DNA of 64,000 nucleotides, from the NCBI GenBank assembly GCA_964415175.1, contig CAYPYG010000003.1:65586-129585 (forward strand), in the 5' to 3' direction. Source of the DNA: an uncultured Elusimicrobiaceae bacterium. GTDB taxonomy: Bacteria > Elusimicrobiota > Elusimicrobia > Elusimicrobiales > UBA9959. Every line of letters starts with the position of its first letter. Position 1 is the first letter of the stretch. The translations under genes and the position numbers were made by a program. The notes below the pieces were generated by a model. It was not told where the DNA came from. It saw only the letters and a program-made list of their open reading frames with translations, and made no database searches. Positions 1-7,529 of this stretch are shown here, in pieces.

Positions 1-2
1 TG

Positions 3-791
3 CTGCCGGACCTGCCCAAGATAATAAAGCTGGCCGCGAAGATCGGCTATCCCTGGATACAGGTGATGAGCAACGGCCTGAGGCTGGCCGATAAGGCCTA
101 TACGCGCTCCCTGATAGGGGCCGGGGCCAACCTGTTCCGCCTTTCGCTGCACGGCCCCGGGCCGGAGATACACGACCGGCTCGTCGGGGTGGACGGCGCC
201 TTCGCGAAGCTGACGGCCGCTTTCGGCAATATCAGGGAAGGCGGCGCCGAGCTCTGCGTCAACATGGCGCTCAACGCCCCCAATTACAGGTCGCTGCCGG
301 AGATGCTCGGACTGATAACCGGGCGTTTCGGCGTGCGCGACTTCAACATCATCTTCCCTCATTACAGCGGCATGATGGCCAGGAACGCGGACCTGCTCAA
401 GGTCAGCGTCACCAGGGCCGTGCCGTACCTGAGGAAGGCATTGGCGCTTCTGAAGGAGACCGGCGTACGCCCGGAGAGCCGGATACTCATAAATTTCTGC
501 CCCTGCAATATACCCGAGGCGGCCCACCTGATGGCGGAATGGGACCGCCCGGAGCGGGCGGAGGACGACGAGCCGCTCTACTACGTGGAGGGGAAGACCG
601 ACGCCGTTTACTCGGTCAAGGAACGCATACGGGTAAAGAACAAGTCCTGTTCCCGCTGCGTCTACGACAAGGTCTGCATGGGTTTCGAGAAATGGTACGC
701 CGACGTTTTCGGCCGCCGCGAGTTCCGCCCCGTACTCCGCAAGCCGGCCCCTTTCCCGCTGCGGCCGCTGCCCCGCCGGAAAGTCGCCTGA
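3..791 (+). CDS. Radical SAM protein, C-terminal portion (5' end outside window)
   Basis: The frame is open from base 3 (LPDLPKIIKLAAKIGYPWIQVMSNGLRL), so the GTG at 63 is internal. It has barrel-like strands (VMSNG, RLSLHG). The C-terminal NFCPCN...CSRCVYDKVCMG (Cx2Cx5C) tail is shared with 6508-7434 and with the tail of 50095-51885. Confidence 0.6.
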   Translation: MPDLPKIIKLAAKIGYPWIQVMSNGLRLADKAYTRSLIGAGANLFRLSLHGPGPEIHDRLVGVDGAFAKLTAAFGNIREGGAELCVNMALNAPNYRSLPEMLGLITGRFGVRDFNIIFPHYSGMMARNADLLKVSVTRAVPYLRKALALLKETGVRPESRILINFCPCNIPEAAHLMAEWDRPERAEDDEPLYYVEGKTDAVYSVKERIRVKNKSCSRCVYDKVCMGFEKWYADVFGRREFRPVLRKPAPFPLRPLPRRKVA

Positions 792-835
792 CCTGTCCCG
801 GACCCCCCTTCCGGCCGGACGGCCGTTCCGGGGGT

Positions 836-853
836 TTATTATATAATTGTAGC
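836..853 (+). promoter_or_regulatory. AT-rich promoter-like element upstream of Nif-like pair 1
   Basis: Sequence tttattatataattgtagc has TATAAT at 842-847 overlapping ATTGTA at 846-851. It is an AT island in GC-rich DNA about 25 nt upstream of GAGGAGAG + GTG 877. This is sequence pattern only. Confidence 0.3.
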
Positions 854-876
854 GATAGCGGCCCGAGAGGAGAGAA

Positions 877-3378
877 GTGGAGAACATAGTATTTTTCGGC
901 AAAGGCGGCATCGGTAAAAGCACCATCGCCGCCAATGTTTCCGTCCTGCTGGCCGCCGCCGGCCGGAAGGTCCTGCATATCGGCTGCGACCCTAAGCGCG
1001 ATTCGACGCTCGCGCTGACCGGCCGCCGCATAAAGCCTTTCAGCGACGGCGGTTTCGCCGGCGCGGCCGCCCTGGCCGGCGCCGTTCACAAGGGCGCGAA
1101 GGGAATAGACTGCATAGAGGCCGGCGGTCCCCAGGCCGGCGTGGGGTGCGCGGGCGCAGGGATCGGGGCCATGCTCGACGCCGTGCGGGATTCCGGGCTG
1201 ATGGAGCGCAACGCCTACGATACCGTGATCTTCGACGTGCTGGGGGACGTGGTCTGCGGCGGTTTCGCCGCGCCGTTGCGGCGCGGTTTCACCAGCAAGG
1301 CCGTCATCGTAGTCTCCGAGGAGATCCTTTCCCTTTACGCCGCCAACAACCTGGTGGCGATGATAAACAACTACGCCAGGAACGGCGTGTACCTGGCCGG
1401 CCTGGCCGTCAACGCCAAGGATATTTCCGCCGTCCGCCGGACCGAGGAATTCGCAAGGGCCGTCGATACGCGGGTGCTGGGCGTGATACCGCGGGACCCG
1501 GCCGTCGGCAGGGCGGAGAAGGCCCGCAAGCCGGTCGTGCTGCTGGACCCGCGCAGCCCCGCCGCCGGCGCCCTGGCCGGGCTGACGAGGGGGATAATTT
1601 CCTCCGGGAAGCCGGCTTCACCGCCCCGCATGATGAGCGAGCGCGAATTCGAATCCTTTATAGGCGGCGCGGCGGCGGACGAGTCCCGGACCGGTCCCGC
1701 CCCGTCGGGGCGGCCGGCGCCGGTCCCGCCGCCGGCCCTGCTGGCCGCCGCCGGTTTCTCCGTGACGGGTCTCCTGGGCGGCCAGGTCGTATGCGCCTGG
1801 AAGAAGGGGGACGACGCCTGCAAGGTCTTCGTGGCCCCGCTCTCGGAGATCAGGCCCGGCATGACATCCGTCTCCGACTGGGCCTTCTGCTTCGCGCCGG
1901 GCGAAGAGCCGCGCGGCGACAGGGCTGCGTTCGAGTCCGCCGTGCGGGGGATCTCGGCGCTCCGCTTCGATGATTTCGTGGCGGCTTTCAGCGGAGGTCC
2001 GGATTTTTACGGCGACGCCGATTCCTTCGGCCGCACCGGTTACCATCCCCGCCTGCCGGAAGGCGACCGTCCCATAGACCAGCATACCGGCTTCGGCCAG
2101 TGGCACAGGTTCGTGTTCTCCGATAATTCAGGGGTCTGCGTCCCCCCGGGCACGGTCATAGTGGAGCACGGCGATATCGAGTGCCGCTTCAGCAGCTGTT
2201 CCAGCACCCTGCTCAATACTTTCCAGAAAATGGGGGGGCTCGCCAACGATCAGGCCCCGTCGATGGCGCCGTTCCTGCCCAAGGAAGGCTCGACCGTGAT
2301 GAACACGGATTTCGGTTACGGCGACGCCATACGGGGGGACGAGCGCAAGATGGCCGGGAGACTGGCCGCCGTCAAGACCAGGGGCAGCGCCGGGGGCCTG
2401 CTGGAGTTCTACAACGGCTGTTCGCCGCTGCTGCTCTCCAGCGACGTGAACAGTTTCCTGGAAAAGGCCTCGCGCGACCTCGGGATGGAAGTGCTGCGCG
2501 ACAATTTCAATAATTTCGAGGACGCCACTCCCGAGAAGGTCCGCGCGCGCGCGGCGCTGGTAGTCCGCCGGCTGGCCGCCCTGCGGAGGACGAAGCCGTC
2601 CTGCGATCTCAACCTCGTCAATTTCGCGTCATCCAAGGCGCTGCCGCTGGCGGACCTGCTCGCCGGGCGCGGTCTGTCGGCTGCCCCTCCCGAACGGGAC
2701 TTTTACGGTGATATCGCCGCCTCCCGCCTGCAGGTGCTGGCCTATCCGGACCCGGTGCTGACCACCGCCTTCGACGAGCTGAAGATAAAATGGACGGCGC
2801 CGCCGGCCCCCTACGGCTTCGCCGCCACCGAGGCCTGGCTGAGGGAACTCTTCGCCAGGCTCGGGCGCAAGGCGCCGCGCGGCGGCCTGGGGCCTTCCGC
2901 CGCGGAGGCCGCGGGCCGCTCCGCTCTTAAGAAGCGGCTTTCCCGCTTCGCGGCCGGATTCATCGCCTCTCCCGACGAGATCCCCACTCTGGAGGGGACC
3001 TGGGCGGTATCGGGAGTGCCGATGTTCTCGCTGCTGCGGGAAGCGGGCATGCCGGTGCGCCTTTTCGCCTATGCGCGGGACCGGGCGGCCCGGACGCTGG
3101 CCGTGAAAGAAGCGGGACTGCTCGGCAAGAGGACCGGCGCGAGGCCGAGGCTGCTCTTTTTCGATTCTCCCGCCGGTCTTCGCCGCGCGCTGTCGGCCGA
3201 CCGGACCATGCGCATAGTCTACTCCGACATCCCCGGCGACGCGCGGCTGGCCGAGGCGGGGAAGAACGATTTTTCGGCCGCCATGTGCGAACCGGGTTAC
3301 GAAGGGACCATAGAGACGATGCGCCGCCTGGCGAACCTTTGCGAATGGGAGTTCAATGAGCGATACGGCCGCCGATAA
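877..3378 (+). CDS. NifH-like Fe-protein/ATPase domain fused to NifD/NifE/BchN-like component-1 domain (copy 1)
   Basis: N-terminal ~255 aa carry P-loop GKGGIGKST, switch I CDPKRDST, and both Fe-protein cluster-Cys contexts (GGPQAGVGCAGAGIG and FDVLGDVVCGGFAAPLR). A P/A-rich linker follows. The C-terminal ~560 aa have component-1-like motifs VEHGDIECRF and FYNGCSPLLLSSD. GTG start with GAGGAGAG RBS. The same architecture recurs at 17215 and 21023. Confidence 0.85.
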   Translation: MENIVFFGKGGIGKSTIAANVSVLLAAAGRKVLHIGCDPKRDSTLALTGRRIKPFSDGGFAGAAALAGAVHKGAKGIDCIEAGGPQAGVGCAGAGIGAMLDAVRDSGLMERNAYDTVIFDVLGDVVCGGFAAPLRRGFTSKAVIVVSEEILSLYAANNLVAMINNYARNGVYLAGLAVNAKDISAVRRTEEFARAVDTRVLGVIPRDPAVGRAEKARKPVVLLDPRSPAAGALAGLTRGIISSGKPASPPRMMSEREFESFIGGAAADESRTGPAPSGRPAPVPPPALLAAAGFSVTGLLGGQVVCAWKKGDDACKVFVAPLSEIRPGMTSVSDWAFCFAPGEEPRGDRAAFESAVRGISALRFDDFVAAFSGGPDFYGDADSFGRTGYHPRLPEGDRPIDQHTGFGQWHRFVFSDNSGVCVPPGTVIVEHGDIECRFSSCSSTLLNTFQKMGGLANDQAPSMAPFLPKEGSTVMNTDFGYGDAIRGDERKMAGRLAAVKTRGSAGGLLEFYNGCSPLLLSSDVNSFLEKASRDLGMEVLRDNFNNFEDATPEKVRARAALVVRRLAALRRTKPSCDLNLVNFASSKALPLADLLAGRGLSAAPPERDFYGDIAASRLQVLAYPDPVLTTAFDELKIKWTAPPAPYGFAATEAWLRELFARLGRKAPRGGLGPSAAEAAGRSALKKRLSRFAAGFIASPDEIPTLEGTWAVSGVPMFSLLREAGMPVRLFAYARDRAARTLAVKEAGLLGKRTGARPRLLFFDSPAGLRRALSADRTMRIVYSDIPGDARLAEAGKNDFSAAMCEPGYEGTIETMRRLANLCEWEFNERYGRR

Positions 3379-4669
3379 AGTTTTCGAAAGGACTTACCAG
3401 CTGCCTTACCTGCTGGGGGTTTTCATGGCCGTCAACGCCGTGCGGGACGCCTGCCTGGTCGTGGACTCTCCCAACTGCGCTATGGTCAAGGCCGACCTGA
3501 TAGCCGGCAACCACGACCTCTTTTCCACGCTCCTCTCCCCCTCGGGCCGCCACCGCGTGGCCTGTACCATGGTGACCCCTTTCACCCCGCAGAAGAACCC
3601 GGAGAAAAGGGTGGCCGCCATACTGAACAGCATCGCCGGCTCCGGTGAATTCGGCGCCGTCCTGCTCACCGGCCTTCCTTTCGGCTGGCTGGCCGGGATG
3701 GATTACGACGGGATCGCGGCGGCCGTGCCGCCCGGTGTCCCGGCCGCCGCCGTTCCCGCAAAATCGATGGACCTGGACTGGTTGGAAGGCTACGACCTTT
3801 CGCTGGAGGCGCTGGCGCGCTCCCTGCGGTTCCCCGCCAGGCCCCGGCGCGCCGCCGGCAAGGTCGCCCTCGCGGGCTATATGCTGGACCGCAACGAGTT
3901 CGACCACGCGGCCAATCTGAAGGAACTTGAGAGGCTGCTGGCGCTCGCCGGCCTGGAACTCGTCTCCGTCTGGCCCTCCGGCGGCGGCGTGGCGGAACTC
4001 GCGAGGGCCGCCGAAGCTTCGCTGATCGTCTCGCTCCCCTACGGCCGACGGGCCGCCAGGACGCTGGCGGGGAGGACCGGGGCAAAGCTCCTGGAGACCG
4101 GGCTCCCCATGGGCCTGGGCGGCACTTCCGCCTGGCTGGCCGCCGTGAGAAAGGCCGCCGGGCTGAAAGGCGGACCTCCTCCCGCGCTGGCGGAGGCCGA
4201 ACGGGCCGCGGCGGCCGCGCTGGCCCCGGCGCTGCGGGTGCTCCGCAACCGGAACGTCCTCTTTGCCGGCGACCCCCATCTCTACTCCGCGTTCTCCTCG
4301 TTCGCGGCGGAACTCTGCGTCGGCGTGCCGGCGGCCCTGCTGGGCTCCTCCTCCAGAACGCTCGGCCCTTCCGCCGGACGGGCTGAGACCGTTCTCTTCG
4401 CCCCCTCCGCGTCCGAGGCGAGGTCCGCCCTGGCCGCCCTGCCGCGCTACCGCAAACCGGACCTGGCCGTGGCCAATTCTTTCGCCGTTACGGAGGGCTT
4501 CGCCGAAGGGCTGCCTTTCGTCGAGCTGGGTTTCCCGTCCTACGGGCATCACTGTCTTCTCGACGAACCTTATTTCGGCTATGCCGGCGCGCGCGTCCTG
4601 GCGGCGCGCATGCTGAACGCTCTGCAGGCGGGCCTGGCGGCGCCGTCTTTCAGGGAAAGAGGATTCTGA
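3356..4669 (+). CDS. NifK/NifN/BchB-like component-1 type subunit (copy 1)
   Basis: 437 aa with VVDSPNCAMVKADLIAGNHDLFSTLL, RVACTMV, LTGLPF and ELGFPSYGHHCL. It is clearly paralogous to 19661-20959 and 23644-24945. The ATG lies 23 nt inside the upstream gene. Confidence 0.7.
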   Translation: MSDTAADKVFERTYQLPYLLGVFMAVNAVRDACLVVDSPNCAMVKADLIAGNHDLFSTLLSPSGRHRVACTMVTPFTPQKNPEKRVAAILNSIAGSGEFGAVLLTGLPFGWLAGMDYDGIAAAVPPGVPAAAVPAKSMDLDWLEGYDLSLEALARSLRFPARPRRAAGKVALAGYMLDRNEFDHAANLKELERLLALAGLELVSVWPSGGGVAELARAAEASLIVSLPYGRRAARTLAGRTGAKLLETGLPMGLGGTSAWLAAVRKAAGLKGGPPPALAEAERAAAAALAPALRVLRNRNVLFAGDPHLYSAFSSFAAELCVGVPAALLGSSSRTLGPSAGRAETVLFAPSASEARSALAALPRYRKPDLAVANSFAVTEGFAEGLPFVELGFPSYGHHCLLDEPYFGYAGARVLAARMLNALQAGLAAPSFRERGF

Positions 4670-4724
4670 AATTTCTACGGTAAGCGGGGGGCTTCCCCGT
4701 TCTCCGCGGCGGTCCGGGGTCCGG

Positions 4725-5549
4725 TCAGGGGAAGGGCGAGTAGACCAGCCTGTCTATGTTCAGCGCGGCCAGCTGCCTTTCCGAAGAATAGAACCTCTCC
4801 GGGAATTCCAGGAACACGGCGTTCCCTCTTATCAGCAGCTTTTCCTTTATCATCGGATGCCTGAGCTCGAAATGGCCTATCAGGCACTCGCGCGAGCAGC
4901 CCGGAGCGCGCCGCGCGCCGCCGGGAGGGTCGTCGCGCAGGCCGACGGGGCAGGCCCGCGTCGCCGTCAGGTCCAGGTACGGGTAGTGGAGAGTGACGCG
5001 GAAAGAGCGCCGGTCGAAGCCGTAACGCCGGCCTTCGCGGAAATTGGAAAGAGGCAGGGTCCCTATGGCGGGTATCTCGAAGCGGGTTATCCCTATCGAG
5101 CGGAAGAACTCCAGCGCCGCGCCGTTGTGGACTTTCAGCGGCTTGCCGGTGGTGTCGAAAACGTTGTCGCGCAGCAGGCGCCCCGCGTTAAGCCGGAACG
5201 GCAGCCGGCGCTTCGCCGCGAGTTCGACGGCACCGAAATCATTGACCGTGATCTCGAGCCCGGCCGGGCGCAGGCGGCCTTTCGCGGCCAGGGCCGCCAA
5301 TTCCGCGAAGACGCGGTCCAGCTTCGCCGCCCCGCGCTCCCCCAGCATGGGCGTGAGCAGGCAGACCTTCTTGCCCAGTCCGGACAGCCGGACGGCCTCG
5401 CGGCAGAGCGACTCGTCCAGCAGTTCCTCGCAGAATTCCGGTCCGATGTAGACGCGGGAGAAGCCGCGCAGCGCGTCCTCCGGCGCCCCGGTCCCGAGAA
5501 GGGAGTCCAGGGAGACGGGGCCGAGCCTGATCCCCTTTTCGACGGCCAT
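4725..5549 (-). CDS. U32-family-like protein, putative small partner subunit (UbiV-like)
   Basis: Start chosen at ATG 5549 (MAVEKGIRLG), 3 nt after the upstream stop. Contains RVYIGPEFCEELL and a Cys group TRACP...GCSRECL. About 274 aa, directly downstream of a clearer U32 gene. The longer track ORF to 5900 is read-through in another frame. Confidence 0.5.
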   Translation of the reverse strand: MAVEKGIRLGPVSLDSLLGTGAPEDALRGFSRVYIGPEFCEELLDESLCREAVRLSGLGKKVCLLTPMLGERGAAKLDRVFAELAALAAKGRLRPAGLEITVNDFGAVELAAKRRLPFRLNAGRLLRDNVFDTTGKPLKVHNGAALEFFRSIGITRFEIPAIGTLPLSNFREGRRYGFDRRSFRVTLHYPYLDLTATRACPVGLRDDPPGGARRAPGCSRECLIGHFELRHPMIKEKLLIRGNAVFLEFPERFYSSERQLAALNIDRLVYSPFP

Positions 5550-5551
5550 CG

Positions 5552-6499
5552 TCAAAGCCCTCCCCCGTTCCAGCGGGACATCTCCGCTATGAATTCCCGC
5601 CTGGCCGCGGCCGCGGGAAGGCGCGCGCGCAGGCCTTCCGCCAGGGAGATCATCGCGCGCATGGCCCTCACCTTGGAGACCTTCGCCGCGGGCGCGTCGC
5701 GCCGCGTGCCGTATTTGAGGTAACCGACGCCCGCCGAGAGGAGATCGAAGAAGGCGGCGGCGTCCGAGAATCGCGGCGCTCCGCACGGCGTCAGCCGGCG
5801 CTCGAGGCGCGCGAGGAGGGCGGGGAGTTCCGCCGCCCGGCGGGGCAGCTCCGGGGGGAGCGGGCGCACGAGCCCGCCGGCGCCGGCCGAGACCCGGCAC
5901 ATGGCCCCTTCCGGCAGGCCGCGCCGGGTCGTGTAATGTCCCGGCTTGTGCAGCTGGCAGCGGCCGTTCACGTAGACGCAGCCGAAGAAACGGTAGTCGA
6001 AGATCTCGGTCTCTATCCCGCGCTCCCGGCAGAAAGCGAGCAGCGGCCCGGCTTCGCGGGGGTCCAGCTGGTTGGGCAGTATGAACCGGGAGACGCCGAA
6101 CCGGGAGAAGAAGGCCGCGGCGCGGCTGTTGAAGACCGGCTGCACGGAGCTCAGGTGCAGGGCGGCGCGCAGTTTCCGCCCCGGGGCCGAGAACATCCGC
6201 AGCAGGTAAGGACTGGCGAATATGAACGAGTCGGCCCCGGCCTCGTCGAGACGGCGCACGCTCTTTTCCACGGCGGCCAGCCGCCGTACCGTGGCGGTGG
6301 CCAGCAGGGCGTTGACGGCGACGGAGATCTTCCTGCCCAGGGAGTGCGCCAGCCTGATGGCCCCGGGCAGGCGGGCGAGCGGCAGCTCTCCGGAGTGGAA
6401 AGCCGGGAGCTCCCGGGCGGCCGTATAGAATTCGTCGGCACCCGCTTCGGCGAGCGGCCCGAGTTCCTTTATGTCCGAAAAACAGGAGACTATCTTCAT
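5552..6499 (-). CDS. Peptidase-U32-family protein (UbiU/RlhA/TrhP-like putative Fe-S enzyme)
   Basis: Start at ATG 6499 (MKIVSCFSDIKELGPLAEAGADEFYTA). Contains GRKISVAVNAL. EIFDYRFFGCVYVNGRCQLH is a near match to the U32 signature (C-x4-G-x-C-x-L). About 315 aa. The track ORF to 6925 overlaps the upstream gene out of frame. Confidence 0.75.
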   Translation of the reverse strand: MKIVSCFSDIKELGPLAEAGADEFYTAARELPAFHSGELPLARLPGAIRLAHSLGRKISVAVNALLATATVRRLAAVEKSVRRLDEAGADSFIFASPYLLRMFSAPGRKLRAALHLSSVQPVFNSRAAAFFSRFGVSRFILPNQLDPREAGPLLAFCRERGIETEIFDYRFFGCVYVNGRCQLHKPGHYTTRRGLPEGAMCRVSAGAGGLVRPLPPELPRRAAELPALLARLERRLTPCGAPRFSDAAAFFDLLSAGVGYLKYGTRRDAPAAKVSKVRAMRAMISLAEGLRARLPAAAARREFIAEMSRWNGGGL

Positions 6500-6507
6500 G
6501 CCGGGGC

Positions 6508-7434
6508 TCACTGGAAAGGCTCGGGTCTTATCGCCGCCGGGTCGAGGGAGGAAGCGGAGAGTTCCGACCTGCCGTGCACGCGCAGGTAATCCTTTCTGGC
6601 GCCGCAGCAGGCCGGCTCCAGGCGGCAGCGGGAGCAGGCGGCGCACGCGGCCTTGCCGGCCACCCCCGCCTCCAGGACCCGGTCGCCGCGTCTCCAGCGG
6701 TGGAACTCGAAGGAGAACCCTTCGAAGTTCCCGAGGCGGCAGAGCGGGAAGTTCTGGACCACGGCCCTGATCCCGGCGAGTTTCAGCCGGCCGAGCGCCA
6801 GTTTGAGGTACGGTTCGACCTCGGAGTAGCGGGGCACGAGTTCCGCGCTGTCCGCGACCCGTCCCGCGTTGCGCACGAAAGTGAAATTCACGAAGGCCAG
6901 GTCCGGCAGCGCGCCGGCCGTCCACTCCGCGAAGGCCGGCAGGCGGCGGTAATTGCCGCGGTAGATGATATGGAAGAGCCTGATCCTGTCCGCGGCCCCC
7001 ATGGCTTTAAGATTTTCGAGGCCTTTCATGGCCAGGGGGAACTTCACGCTCCGGGTGGCGTGCGCGTAGGTCCTCTCGTCGGCCCCGGGCAGGTTCACCG
7101 TGAAATAGTCTATCTCCTTAACTGCCTTCCGGCAGAATGCCGGGTCGGACAGCGCCACGCCGTTCGTCGAGAGCATGAAACGCCGCACCCCGGCCTTTTT
7201 CAGCGCGGCCACCCAGTCGAAGAAATCGTTCCCGGCGGTCGGCTCGCCTCCGCCCTCCAGGCTGACCGCTTCTATCCGCCGCCGCCGCACTTCGGCCAGG
7301 ACCTTGTTCAGCGGCGCCGCCGGTTCGCCCCTGGGCGGGCTCTGGCAGCAGCGGCAATAGAGGTTGCAGGTGCGGGCCATCGGCACGCACAACTGCTCGC
7401 TGATCCAGCTTTTGTCCCCGGTCTTCCGCTTCAC
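6508..7434 (-). CDS. Radical SAM protein (small, MoaA/PqqE-like core with Cx2Cx5C tail)
   Basis: CNLYCRCC (CxxxCxxC) near the N-terminus, plus SLEGGGEPT and LSTNG. The C-terminal NFPLCRLG...CAACSRCRLEPACCG resembles the tail of the 3-791 product. Its stop lies 9 nt upstream of the U32 start. Confidence 0.8.
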   Translation of the reverse strand: MKRKTGDKSWISEQLCVPMARTCNLYCRCCQSPPRGEPAAPLNKVLAEVRRRRIEAVSLEGGGEPTAGNDFFDWVAALKKAGVRRFMLSTNGVALSDPAFCRKAVKEIDYFTVNLPGADERTYAHATRSVKFPLAMKGLENLKAMGAADRIRLFHIIYRGNYRRLPAFAEWTAGALPDLAFVNFTFVRNAGRVADSAELVPRYSEVEPYLKLALGRLKLAGIRAVVQNFPLCRLGNFEGFSFEFHRWRRGDRVLEAGVAGKAACAACSRCRLEPACCGARKDYLRVHGRSELSASSLDPAAIRPEPFQ

Positions 7435-7474
7435 GAGCGTATTCTATCATTTCAGGCCGGCCCGGCAGGGGAGT

Positions 7475-7506
7475 AAAAAAAAGCCCCCGGGGAGCCGGGG
7501 GCTTTC
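7475..7506 (-). terminator. Rho-independent terminator (bidirectional hairpin) after ygeW-like gene
   Basis: GCCCCCGG (7483-7490) / loop GGAG / CCGGGGGC (7495-7502). On the minus strand it is followed by an 8-T run (A-run 7475-7482 on plus). It lies 25-55 nt downstream of the stop at 7530. Confidence 0.75.
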
Positions 7507-7529
7507 GCGGGGCGCGGCCGCCGTTCCGT

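Noticed and set aside
63-791. GTG/ATG at 63-68 as the true start of the first gene
   Set aside because: The frame is open back to base 3 and the upstream residues look like genuine barrel sequence. The radical-SAM CxxxCxxC region expected at the N-terminus is missing. The gene is therefore truncated by the window edge.
792-835. Possible terminator after the first rSAM gene (CGGCC-GGAC-GGCCG, direct repeats ttccgg)
   Set aside because: The stem is only 5 bp. The apparent symmetry is mostly a direct repeat (TTCCGG twice) rather than an inverted repeat. It was therefore not reported as a feature.
877-4669. Interpretation as a genuine nifHDK nitrogen-fixation operon
   Set aside because: NifH is fused to the component-1-like domain. 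The partner is only ~435 aa. No nifB/E/N/V-like genes or recognisable FeMo-cofactor context are present, and the pair occurs three times among rSAM genes. This fits a nitrogenase-like paralog rather than nitrogenase. Ligand-level confirmation needs an alignment I could not compute.
4681-4700. Possible terminator hairpin (GCGGGG-GGCTT-CCCCGT) between the convergent genes 3356-4669 and 4725-5549
   Set aside because: There is only a 5-6-bp stem including a G-U pair and no T-run on either strand. This is too weak to call.
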